DNA from: Candidatus Poribacteria bacterium | GTDB lineage: Bacteria; Poribacteria; WGA-4E; WGA-3G | Length of the DNA: 64,000 nt | Reading direction: 5' to 3' | Assembly: GCA_965242965.1 (NCBI GenBank) | Contig: OZ251518.1 | Location: forward strand, 3,296,001 to 3,360,000 | Part shown: positions 21,572-31,428 of the stretch, in pieces | How the letters are laid out: every line of letters starts with the position of its first letter | Position numbering within the stretch: the stretch's first letter is position 1 | Translations under genes and position numbers: made by a program | The notes under the pieces: model-generated | Seen by the model: only the letters and a program-made list of their open reading frames with translations | What the model was told of the DNA's origin: nothing | The model's database searches: none

Positions 21572-21664
21572 ATTTTTTTTGTTTCGTTGTCTGGAGCAGG
21601 ATTTTCAAGATTTTCTGGAGCAGGATTTTCAAGATTTTTCAAGATTTTCAGGATTAGGGTTATT

Positions 21665-21892
21665 GAGGGGGTTTCATAAATTTATCCCTTGAGGGGAGGC
21701 GCATCGGGCCCACCACTGTAGTTCGGGATCGCCCGATCCCGAACGGGTCAAGATCAGGCGATCTTGACCTACAGGCCTGGCGCGCGAGCGATGGCGAGGG
21801 ACAGGCCCTCGCCCTACGTGAAGGGGTGGCGTTTTTTTCACCGTAGCGCGGGGCATGTCACCGCAACGTTGAGCGATTTATGAAACACCCTC
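21665..21892. mobile_element. MITE-like element with REP-like cargo
   Basis: GAGGGGGTTTCATAA ... TTATGAAACACCCTC. Confidence 0.75.
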
Positions 21893-21933
21893 ACATTAAG
21901 GTCTTACAGACCTAAAAACACGGACGGATCTCT

Positions 21934-23440
21934 CTATCCGCTCTCCCGCTGAAAATAGGTCTGCTCGCCGCCGTAGTGCCGTTCCGCCTTTGGACGTTCG
22001 CTGACCTGCCACGGCAAAGTCACCGAGATGGTGCCGTCCTGAAAATAGGCATCGGTTATCTGCCAAAACTGCAGGCGCGGGTAATGCCTCCCGTTATGCT
22101 CAAAGGTGCCTGCCGCTTCGGCGACGTTACGCATGCCGCGCGTCACGGGATGCAGGGTGATGAAAATGCCGATGACGGCATCGGTATCCTGCATCGCCGT
22201 GCGGAAGGCGCGCACCTGATTCGGGTTCAAACTCCTCCCCGATTTTACTTCGGCGATGACAGGCAGTTTCGTCTGCGTCGCCTCGGCGAGATGGTGATTT
22301 TCCCAGAGGACAACTTTCCCACTGCCGTCAAACCCGCCATCGTTGGTATTGGAAGTGGGCGAGAGGCCCAGACGAGTCACTGCCCAATTGGCGAAATCGT
22401 GTGGATTCTGCTCGGCGAGGAGGATGGCATCCTCCCATGTCCCCGGATATCCCTCAATGGTGTAATCTGCCTTTGGACGAAGCCCATGGCGTTCGCGCAG
22501 CCGACGCTCCATCGGTTCCAAAGCGAGAACGGTTAAATCGATACCTACCCAGTGCCGCCCGAGGCCGTGGGCGGCATCTAACGCTGTGCCGCAACCACAA
22601 AACGGATCGAACACGATGTCGCCGGGGTTCGTGGAGGCTTTGATGATGCGTTCCAAGAGCGCGAGCGGTTTCTGCGTCGGATAGCCGAGGCGTTCCTTGG
22701 ACGTTCTGCCGATGATATTAATGTCCCAGACATCGCGCATTGATGCCATCGTATACCAACGGCCATGCTCATCCTGATACTTCTCGATGCCTTTGAAACC
22801 CGGCGGCGCATTCGTTGAATACGAACGTTCCTTCTGCACATTGAAGGTATGCACATTCTTGGCTGACTTCGTATAGAACAGAATCACGTCGTGCTTGCGC
22901 GCAAACCAATTTTTGCTCACGCCGCCAGAACGGTAGGACCAGATGATTTCGTTTCGGAAGTGCGCCGCCCCGAAAATCGTATCCATTAACACCTTCAAAT
23001 AGTGGCTCGCATGCGGATCGCAGTGCAGATACACACTTCCATCCGGCGTTAGCAACCGCCAAATCTCGGCGAGGCGCGGTGCCATGAAGGCGAGGTAAGC
23101 GCGCATCGATTCGGCTTCGCTTTTTCCCTTATACCCTTTCGACCCCCCCCTTCAAAATTTGGTCAAAACCCGTTAAACAGTCTGACAAATTGGCCATAGT
23201 TTCAACGAGTTCGGGGTGCCGCCCATCGTAGTGAAGGACAGCGGCTTGATTTTCGCGCGCGGCATCGTCCCATCGCCAGATGTCGTCAAACGCTTTGCGG
23301 TGCGCTTTGGAGCCGGCGAAGAAGATGTTGTAGTTGCGGCCGCTGTTGTAAGGCGGATCGAGATAACAGGTGTGGTAGCGTGCGGTTTGCATCTCGCGCA
23401 TGACGTTGAGGTTATCGCCGAAATAGAGTGCGTTCTTCAT
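21934..23440 (-). CDS. DNA methyltransferase fused to a C-terminal Mrr-like PD-(D/E)XK domain, frameshifted at a G8 tract (23143-23150)
   Basis: N-part MKNALYFGDNL..YLDPPYNS (23440-23129). C-part MRAYLAFMAPRL..GYPTQKP..FDPFCGCGT..DGGFDG..AEVKSG (23106-21934). G7 joins the frames (KGGSKGYKGKSEAESMRAY). Confidence 0.85.
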
Positions 23441-23464
23441 TTTTTGATGCAATCTCTTTGCAAT

Positions 23465-23710
23465 AAACGATCGCGAGGGACAGGCCCTCGCGCTACGGGG
23501 GTGGAACGCCTTGATGAACGTTCGCGAGGGACAGGCCCTCGCGCTACGGTGAACGTAGACGTAGGGTGGGGGCCTGTCCCCCACCTTGCTCGGTTAACTT
23601 ATCAATGAACGTTCGCGAGGGACAGGCCCTCGCGCTACGGGGGTGGAACGCCTTGATGAACGTTCGCGAGGAACAGGCCCTCGCGCTATGGGGATGGAAC
23701 GCCATGATAA
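23465..23710. repeat. Tandem REP-like repeats
   Basis: Four copies of GAACGTTCGCGAGGGACAGGCCCTCGCGCTAC-like units. Confidence 0.9.
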
Positions 23711-23730
23711 ACGCGCTCCCGGAATTCAAT

Positions 23731-25329
23731 TTACGCGCGACGCTGTCTGCGCTGTTCTTGGAGCCGGTCCCACGGGTAGATAAAACACCTGTCAGCCCAG
23801 TCTTGATACAGCCCGATGAGCTCTTTCAATTTCTGGGGATGCTTGTCAGCGAGGTTGTTCACCTCGGTCCGCTCTGCCTCGAGGTCATAGAGTTCCCATT
23901 CACCGGGGAATTTGCAGCCGAGTTTCCACTTGTCTTGACGCACGGCGCAATTGCCTTCGTGCTCCCAATACAGCACCTCTTTCCCGTTGTCTTTCCCGTC
24001 AAAAATCGGGGTTAAGCTAGTGCCCTCTAACGGCAAAATCGGGTTTCCGTTGTGTTCCGAGGGATAGTTTGCACCGGAAACGTCAAGGCATGTCGCCATG
24101 ATGTCCGGCAGTTGCCCCGGTTGATGGCGGAGTTCACCGGTGGATTGGATCGCCGCGGGCCAGTGCGCGATGAGCGGTGTCGCGATGCCGCCTTCATGCA
24201 CCCAGTGCTTGTATTCGCGGAACGGCGTATTGGACAGGTTCGCCCACGGCACGCCATAACTCTGATAGGTAGTTTCCGGTCCCGGCATGATACTCGGGTC
24301 GTTGCCGCGATAAACAGGTCTGCCATCGGAAGTCGTCTCCGTGCTGATGAGTGAACCGCCCTCGCGTCTGGCAGTCGGACCGCCGAGTTCCTCCGCGCAA
24401 CCGCCATTATCGGCTAAAAACAGGATGAGCGTATTGTCAAGTTGTCCTGTCTCCTCAAGCGTGTTAATAATTCTCCCGATGCCTGCATCCATGCGCGTGA
24501 TTTGCGCGGCGTAGACTTCCATGCGGCGTTGATTCCACGCTTTATGCTGTGCATCGCGCCACGGCGGTTGCGACGGGTCGCGGGCAGTGAGCCGCCATGC
24601 CTCATCCAAGATGTTCATCTCGCGCATTCGTGATAGCCGTTCTTCGCGGAGTTCGTCCCATCCTGCTGCAAAACGGCCGTTGTATCGCGCGATGTCTTCT
24701 TCGTGCGCATGCAGGGGCCAGTGCGGTGCTGTGTAGGCGACATAAGTGAAGAAAGGATCCTCCGGAGACTTTTCGGTGTGATGCCGAATGAAAGTTGAGG
24801 CTTCATCGCTGATGGCATCAGTGAGGAAATACCCTTCGGGAAGTTCATCGTGTTGGATGCGCGTGTTATCCCGTGTCAAAGTGTTCGGCTTCCAGAAATT
24901 GGCGGCACCCGTGATGATACCGTAATACCGGTCGAACCCACGCTGACAGGGCCAACTATGTTTCGGTCCGTCGGGTCCGGCATGCCGCGAGATATGCCAC
25001 TTGCCGCTCATATAGGTGCCGTAGCCTTCGGCGCGGACAGCGTCAGCGATGGTAATGCAACGGTTGTTCAGGTCACCGCGGTAGCCCTCCAAACCATCAT
25101 CGCTCATCATGTGGCCGACACCGGTTTGATGCGGATGAAGTCCAGTGAGCATAGAGGCACGGGAAGGACAGCAGCGCGCGGTATTGTAAAACTGCGTGAA
25201 GCGCACCCCGCCCGCGGCGAGCCTGTCAAGATTTGGCGTGTGGACTTCGCCGCCGTAGCATCCCAGGTCGGAGAAGCCCATGTCGTCGTTGAGGATCAGG
25301 ACGATGTTCGGTTTTCGGTTTTCGTTCAT
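23731..25329 (-). CDS. Arylsulfatase (Cys-type formylglycine sulfatase)
   Basis: KPNIVLILNDDMGFSD, CCPSRASMLTG (CxPxR), GKWH, YTAPHWP, DNG. Confidence 0.95.
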   Translation of the reverse strand: MNENRKPNIVLILNDDMGFSDLGCYGGEVHTPNLDRLAAGGVRFTQFYNTARCCPSRASMLTGLHPHQTGVGHMMSDDGLEGYRGDLNNRCITIADAVRAEGYGTYMSGKWHISRHAGPDGPKHSWPCQRGFDRYYGIITGAANFWKPNTLTRDNTRIQHDELPEGYFLTDAISDEASTFIRHHTEKSPEDPFFTYVAYTAPHWPLHAHEEDIARYNGRFAAGWDELREERLSRMREMNILDEAWRLTARDPSQPPWRDAQHKAWNQRRMEVYAAQITRMDAGIGRIINTLEETGQLDNTLILFLADNGGCAEELGGPTARREGGSLISTETTSDGRPVYRGNDPSIMPGPETTYQSYGVPWANLSNTPFREYKHWVHEGGIATPLIAHWPAAIQSTGELRHQPGQLPDIMATCLDVSGANYPSEHNGNPILPLEGTSLTPIFDGKDNGKEVLYWEHEGNCAVRQDKWKLGCKFPGEWELYDLEAERTEVNNLADKHPQKLKELIGLYQDWADRCFIYPWDRLQEQRRQRRA

Positions 25330-25424
25330 TAGCAATTTCTCCTGTTTACCTTGATGTTGGTGAAAATTTACGTTATTATATTCCTAACAGTAAAAAATAG
25401 ACAATTTTTCGGAGGACTTTCCCC

Positions 25425-26027
25425 ATGGTTGCGAATTTGATTACGCTTTTCCGCCTCACCCTGGTCTTCGTCGTGATTTCGCTTTTCGGGCAGCATGTCT
25501 ATTTAGACGTTCTGCTCGTCGCGATGATAGGCGTGATTCTGTTCCTCGATGCGGTGGACGGTTATGTCGCCAGAAAACTGAATCAGGCATCGGATTTCGG
25601 CGCGCTATTTGACATCGTCGGCGACCGGATTGTCGAATGTATCTTCTGGGTTTACTTCGCCGTTGTTGGGCTGATTCCGTTTTGGATTCCTGCCATCGTG
25701 ATTGCGCGCGGCTTTTTCACGGACGGCTTGCGGAGTGCCGCTTTCGCTGATGGCAAAACCGCTTTCGGCGAGAAGACGATGATGTCCTCTCCTTGGACAC
25801 GTGCCCTCACCAGTTCACGCGCAAGCCGCAGTATCTATGGCATCGCCAAGACGCTTGCTTTTCTCTACCTCGGCGGCGTATTGACGTTCAAAAATTTCGG
25901 TGCCTACCCTGAATTCGTCGTCGGTTTAGAGTTGGCAGGCGTGATTATCTCCGCTGTCGCTGTTGCGATGTGCCTAATCCGCGGCCTCCCCGTTTTGGTT
26001 GATGGATGGAAGTATGTCAAAAGTTAG
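25425..26027 (+). CDS. CDP-alcohol phosphatidyltransferase family protein
   Basis: ANLITLFR; DAVDGYVARKLNQASDFGALFDIVGD signature. Confidence 0.93.
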   Translation: MVANLITLFRLTLVFVVISLFGQHVYLDVLLVAMIGVILFLDAVDGYVARKLNQASDFGALFDIVGDRIVECIFWVYFAVVGLIPFWIPAIVIARGFFTDGLRSAAFADGKTAFGEKTMMSSPWTRALTSSRASRSIYGIAKTLAFLYLGGVLTFKNFGAYPEFVVGLELAGVIISAVAVAMCLIRGLPVLVDGWKYVKS

Positions 26028-26036
26028 TGCGCGGCT

Positions 26037-26448
26037 CCGTAGCGCGAGGGCCTGTCCCTCGCGACCTTTGTCCGCGCCAAAAGCCATCCAAAGTTCCCCG
26101 TAGGGCGAGGGCCTGTCCCTCGCCATGCGTTTTGGTGTCAGCCCGCATCCCTCCTGTAGGTCAGGATCGCCAGATCCTGACCCGTTCGGGAGCGGGCGCT
26201 CCCGAACTACAGAGATGGGGCAAAAACCGTCCGTAGTTCCCCGTAGCGCGAGGGCCTGTCCCTCGCGAACCTTATCCGAGACAAAAACCGTCCGCAGTTA
26301 ATCGTAAGTTAATCGTAGCGCGAGGGCCTGTCCCTCGCGATCGTTGTTCGCGCCAAAAACCGTCCGAGGCCCCGGAGCCGGCGAGGGACAGGCCCTCGCC
26401 CTACGAGTGATAATAGATGATGTCGAAAGACAGGCCCTCTCCCTACGG
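26037..26448. repeat. REP-like repeat cluster between convergent genes
   Basis: Multiple GTAGCGCGAGGGCCTGTCCCTCGCG units. Confidence 0.9.
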
Positions 26449-29379
26449 GCCAGGGTCTGTTAACTTTAGCAACAACCGACTCCCATCTTCACTTGCGAGT
26501 TGCGTAAAAAACCGCTTCGCCTCCACATACGCCGCTTCACGGATGATGCGCTCTTTCAGGGTAAACGTTAACCGATAAGTGACCGTCCCTTCAGTTTGTC
26601 TATACTGCCGCGTCAATTCTGCGAAATCTGTCGTGTGATGGATGTCGGCTGGGAGAACGGCAGTCCAGCCTTCCGGCAGATGAATCTGAATTGCTTTTTC
26701 AAGCTGCGTTGGATAACCCAGGTCGAGGGAATAGACACGCTGCGGTGCCGCGACCATCTCTGCATATTCCGCGAACTCATCGATTGGCATCGGCATCATC
26801 ATTTTTTCGTCTTCTAACAATGTAGCGTAATTCCGGACATGAAAACCGAGTTCCATTTCCACAGGCACGTTAAGGGCTCCTAAATCAGAGATGTTGCTCC
26901 ATTCTACCGCAATTCCCGGAAATTGCTGGCTGAGTTCCGTTGCTAGGGTTGTCTGCAGTTGGCTTGGCGGCACCTGCTGATAAGTCCAGCGTGCATTGAT
27001 TGCGTATTGCCCGCGCGTCTCAATGTGGAGCCTCCCTTGCAAGGAGCCTTCTTCGCTGAGCCACAATTCTGTTGTGCTGACGAGTCGGTTGGTTTCTGCC
27101 GGGAAAATAGGGATGTCCACAAACTCGCCTTGCTCTTCACCTATCAGGAACCCCTTTCGTCCTTGGACACTGTAGGGCAAATTGCCGTAGCTGCAGGTTG
27201 ACGAGGTTGCATCAAGCCAGATATAGTGGGACATTGAGACCGGGAGTTCTCGCCTACGGGCAAAGGGAGTCGTGCCCGGGAGGTTGCTCTTCTGGGCAGA
27301 GGGAGTCGAGACCAGGAGGTCTCTCCTACCGGAAATAGGAATTGCCGCCAGCATGTGGCTAAACTGGTTCAGCGATGGCAGTTCTGTATCTGTCCGTTCA
27401 TAAGGCGATGGGTTAATCAGCACCGGATAGGCGCGGATGCCGACAAGTTCCAGCATCGCGATGAGCAACGTCGTTTTGTCCTTGCAATCGCCGTACTGTT
27501 TTTGCAGCACCTCTGCGGCGGGAGATGGCTGATACGCGCTCTGTCCCAGTTCAATGCCGACATAACGGATGCGCGAGGCGACGAAATGGTAAATCGCGCG
27601 AATCTTATCCGCTTCTGTCGTCAAATCCTTTGTGAGTTGATGAACTAACGCCTCAATCTGTGCATCCGGCGTGTATCTGTCCGCGGCGAGTTGTTTATAC
27701 CATTGGTAGACATCGTTCCACGAGGGGATTGAGGAATAGTGCAACCGCGGTGCAATGTCATTGATGTGAGGCATCCCCTCTTCAATTGTGAGTGCGGGCG
27801 TTTCGCCGTAGTGCCACACGTAGATAGTGTTACCGTTTTCGTCATAGCGAATTGAGACTGGGGGTTCGTTCCTATCGTTTGCGTTGTGATGCATCGAGAC
27901 CGGGTATTGCATCGAGACCAGGAGGTCTCGCCTACCCGAAGAAATCGAGACCGGGAGGTCTCTCCTACGGGGATGCATCGAGACTGGGAGGGCTTTCCTA
28001 CTGAAGTTCTCCGTTTTCCACTGAAGATGCCACGCGCTGGGGATGCGAAGCGCGTAACTTGTCTCCAAGGTTACCTCCGTTGACTGAAAATTGAACCCGC
28101 CGGTAATCCACGTCTCACCGCCGACAGCGTTTTCGGGTTTATCCTCAAGCGTTACCTGATATTCAATGCAAACTCCCGGCGTTAGTCCTACCATTGAGAT
28201 AACGCGCCACATCGTATCCGAATAGAGATTTTGGGATAGCAGACCTGGCGGCGTTACGTCGTTGAACGCCTCGGCTGGCGGTTGATGCACCGTGCCATCG
28301 GCGGCGATAGTGCGCGCAATGTTCACCGTGATATTCTGCGCGCTCGGTTGGAAAGGGATGGCAATATCGTCGTATTTTTCGATGCCTCTTTCAGTTAGCA
28401 GTTTGACGACTTGATGCGTGGTATAACGAGATTGTCCTGTCGGCAAAACATCGTGGCTGAAGTGGTTGAAGAGAATCAGCGCGTCTGCATCCGGATAATC
28501 GTCTGCATCGGGAGCGTTTGCGATACGCAGGTCTGCGTCCACTTGCAGCAGATTAACAGGCGGCACATCTACTGCCACTTCGGTAGGTGCGATTTTTGTC
28601 GCCAAAGCCTGCATCCGCGTCACCGCAAGCAGATTGTCCGGCGCAACCTCCAAGAGCTCCTGATATTGGAGTAGTGCCTCGTAGTAACGTCCCCTGTCTT
28701 CGTAGATTGATGCCAGTTGCTGTCTCGCCCAAACATCCTTTGGAAACAACCGAATCGATTCTCGCAGTTCGGCAATTGCTTCACCGACTTCTCCCCGTTC
28801 CAGATAGATTAATCCGAGGTAATTGTGCAAATTTTCGCTTTCGGGACGTTCACACCTCGGGTCAACTGCCAACGCGTCCAACAGAACCTTCATCGCCTCA
28901 CCAAGCCGTCCCAGTTGTTTGTAAGCCAGACCGAGGTGATTCAGCGCGTAGAGGTTATCCTTGGCGACGGTAAGCACCTGTTCGTAGTGTTCGGCGGCGG
29001 CTTGATAGTCGTTCAATTTTTCAGCGATGTAGCCGGCGTAGTTCAGCGCGTTCACGTTCTTTGGCTCTAGTGTTAAAAATGCGGCAAACGCATCGCGCGC
29101 GTTTTCGTATTCCTCAAGTTGAAAATAAATCTCCGCGATTTTCATGTGCGGGCCGCCTGCATCCGGCCGAGTGGCGACAGCGGCTTGGTAAGCAACGAGT
29201 GCATCGCGCAGATTTCCGCGCCGGAGTTCCTCGTTGCCCCGCTCAACGTGTTCTTGCCACTGCCGATTCCGTTCTACTAGCGGATCGACTATCGGTTTCG
29301 GCGCGGGACCTGTCGCGCATCCCGCCAGCACGACGAGCAGGCAAAGTAGAAAGGGGATGTGGATTTTGTGGAAAGTCAT
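26443..29379 (-). CDS. TPR + DUF3857 + transglutaminase-like lipoprotein with in-frame repeat insertions
   Basis: LAG-C lipobox, TPR repeats, IRYVGIELG..YGDCKDKTTL, FSHML, WLDATS (Cys-His-Asp triad). Confidence 0.88.
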   Translation of the reverse strand: MTFHKIHIPFLLCLLVVLAGCATGPAPKPIVDPLVERNRQWQEHVERGNEELRRGNLRDALVAYQAAVATRPDAGGPHMKIAEIYFQLEEYENARDAFAAFLTLEPKNVNALNYAGYIAEKLNDYQAAAEHYEQVLTVAKDNLYALNHLGLAYKQLGRLGEAMKVLLDALAVDPRCERPESENLHNYLGLIYLERGEVGEAIAELRESIRLFPKDVWARQQLASIYEDRGRYYEALLQYQELLEVAPDNLLAVTRMQALATKIAPTEVAVDVPPVNLLQVDADLRIANAPDADDYPDADALILFNHFSHDVLPTGQSRYTTHQVVKLLTERGIEKYDDIAIPFQPSAQNITVNIARTIAADGTVHQPPAEAFNDVTPPGLLSQNLYSDTMWRVISMVGLTPGVCIEYQVTLEDKPENAVGGETWITGGFNFQSTEVTLETSYALRIPSAWHLQWKTENFSRKALPVSMHPRRRDLPVSISSGRRDLLVSMQYPVSMHHNANDRNEPPVSIRYDENGNTIYVWHYGETPALTIEEGMPHINDIAPRLHYSSIPSWNDVYQWYKQLAADRYTPDAQIEALVHQLTKDLTTEADKIRAIYHFVASRIRYVGIELGQSAYQPSPAAEVLQKQYGDCKDKTTLLIAMLELVGIRAYPVLINPSPYERTDTELPSLNQFSHMLAAIPISGRRDLLVSTPSAQKSNLPGTTPFARRRELPVSMSHYIWLDATSSTCSYGNLPYSVQGRKGFLIGEEQGEFVDIPIFPAETNRLVSTTELWLSEEGSLQGRLHIETRGQYAINARWTYQQVPPSQLQTTLATELSQQFPGIAVEWSNISDLGALNVPVEMELGFHVRNYATLLEDEKMMMPMPIDEFAEYAEMVAAPQRVYSLDLGYPTQLEKAIQIHLPEGWTAVLPADIHHTTDFAELTRQYRQTEGTVTYRLTFTLKERIIREAAYVEAKRFFTQLASEDGSRLLLKLTDPGP

Positions 29380-29465
29380 TGTGAGTCTCCGTTGTCAATA
29401 TTGGGACCAGGACAGCATCGCGCCACCGTAGCGCGGGGGCCTGTCCCCCGCGATCACCGTCTCTC

Positions 29466-29804
29466 CTACGGTTCTTGCAATTTCACGTTAGTTCGATGGC
29501 GTTCGGTGTCACGCTGCGTCTTCTTCTCGATCGACTTCTTGAAAGCCGCCTCAAGATCTACGCCAGTTTGGTTGGCCAAGCAGATTAGCACGAAAAGGAT
29601 GTCCGCCATTTCTTCCCCGAGGTCTCGGTTGCGTTCGTTTTCTTTGAAGCTCTGATCACCGTAGTGGCGCGCCATGAGCCGTGCGAGTTCACCGACTTCC
29701 TCCATCAGAATCGCCGTGTTGGTTAATTCCGAGAAGTAGCGGATGCCGATGTCGTGAATCCAGTCGTCCACCAATTTTTGGCAGTTTTGGAGTGTGTAAT
29801 CCAT
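29466..29804 (-). CDS. MazG-like nucleotide pyrophosphohydrolase (YpjD type)
   Basis: LMEEVGELAR..YGDQSFK..EEMADILFVLICLAN. Confidence 0.92.
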   Translation of the reverse strand: MDYTLQNCQKLVDDWIHDIGIRYFSELTNTAILMEEVGELARLMARHYGDQSFKENERNRDLGEEMADILFVLICLANQTGVDLEAAFKKSIEKKTQRDTERHRTNVKLQEP

Positions 29805-30027
29805 GAGGTATGCTCCGATGTGTTGCGTTTTTTGTCATTATAGCAAATTTCGGGATGTAGGGCAACAATTTTTTTTATGGTGTTTCCGTTGCAATGGAAC
29901 GATCGCGGGGGACAGGCCCCCGCGCTACGGTAGGGTTGAAATCAACTCGCGGCTCCCGATCTCGGCAAAAACCAAAACGATACCGATGAAAAACCGAAAC
30001 GGCACTATTTTTTTTCTGACAAAAAAG

Positions 30028-30501
30028 TTGACAAAATTTGATAATGTGCGTATAATTAATAGCAGCATCGTCAATTTACTGCACGTTGTGTTAAAATTTC
30101 AAAAAATTTGGGGATTTTCTCATTTTTCTTTGATTTTAATTTGACAAATGTTGGAAAATCGTGTATAATTAACATATTGAGTGATGCCTATGCCATTTCC
30201 GGAGACGCGCCCGCTGCGCGAAATCTGGAAAATGGCTTGACAAAAATGTGAAAATTGGTTATCATTTAAGAAAACCACACATTTTTGCATTTTAATTTGA
30301 CATCGTTTGTCAATTGTGGTATAATTAACATATTGAATGATGCCTATGCCGTTTTTCTCAGCCTCGCCTACTTCGCGGGGTTTCAGAAAATAGCCTTGAC
30401 AACATTCTGCAAATCGGTTACCATCGTAGAAGTCATTTCACGGGACCATTTAGTTTTCGGTTCATAATAGACTTGACAAAAATGGTGAAATCGGTTATCA
30501 T
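30028..30501 (+). promoter_or_regulatory. Array of six tandem sigma70 consensus promoters
   Basis: TTGACA at 30028, 30141, 30237, 30297, 30396 and 30473, each followed after exactly 17 nt by TATAAT, TATAAT, TATCAT, TATAAT, TACCAT and TATCAT. Confidence 0.85.
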
Positions 30502-30509
30502 TTCGGAAA

Positions 30510-31410
30510 TCGCTAGACTCGGTGCCGGGAGTGTTCCTTTACCACCGGCCCCACTGAATCTATCTGGACGCTATTACAAAGCGCGAAACGCTGCAAACGG
30601 GCAACGACGATAATGATGAATCAAACGCACTACGTTGACACCTCATCTGAAAATACGCGAGGACGAAGCACTTGGCACCTCCACACCCGGTGGGGGACGG
30701 CCGGCTTGCGTCTTGACGTGCCTGCGGTTGCAATGTCCATAGATCCGGCGAAGACCCCCCCTTATCTCATGACCCGTTAAGGGATACTGACTCTCTCATC
30801 GCCGCGAGTTGCGCGGAGACCACTCTCTTCACGCAGCGCGCAGATGGCAACATGAGCACCTTGGATTCCCACGTTGGGAAACACCCCAAGGTGCTAGATC
30901 TGTTGCACGGTAGTCACTTCATTTCTTCCCTCAAAACGCGACACCCCAGTTGCGGTTTCCCTGCTTGTGCTTTGCTTCGTTCCATTAAGAAGCATCGGCA
31001 GGTATCTTCCGGTATCCTCACTCCCTCCAATAAACATAGGCATTCTTGCGCCGAATTTTTTGTCGGCAGTTGTCTCTCTGACGCTGCGCCGATGCGGCCC
31101 CTTCCTGCCTATTCGCTGATGTTGGAAGATTTTAATCGAACCGATGGCGGGCAATTCGCCTGCTTACGGAATGCGGGCATCGGCCCGCTGTTTGCCTCAC
31201 GACGAGGCACCGAAGACACGAAAACCCGCGTGGGTTCAGTCGTGTCTCGCGCCCGCTGCAACGGTAGCGGGGTTTGAAAAAGATTTCCGAACGGACTCCG
31301 GTCTGTTTGGAATTGGTGGTATCTCATCAAAAACCCTCGGGTCGCTGATGAGGTGCTCAAAACTATAAAAGTGAAAGGTTTTTCGGTTGAAGAACTTTTC
31401 GCTAAAATTT
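30510..31410 (+). ncRNA. Candidate large structured non-coding RNA or very long 5' leader (unclassified)
   Basis: Continuous nested helices with G-U pairs that work on the + strand; no convincing CDS; directly downstream of the promoter array. Confidence 0.55.
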
Positions 31411-31428
31411 AACAGATAGGAGGATAGA

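Noticed and set aside
30852-31277. 141-aa ORF, and minus-strand ORFs, within the structured region
   Set aside because: No RBS and no recognisable motifs; it coincides with dense RNA helices. It cannot be fully excluded without a homology search.
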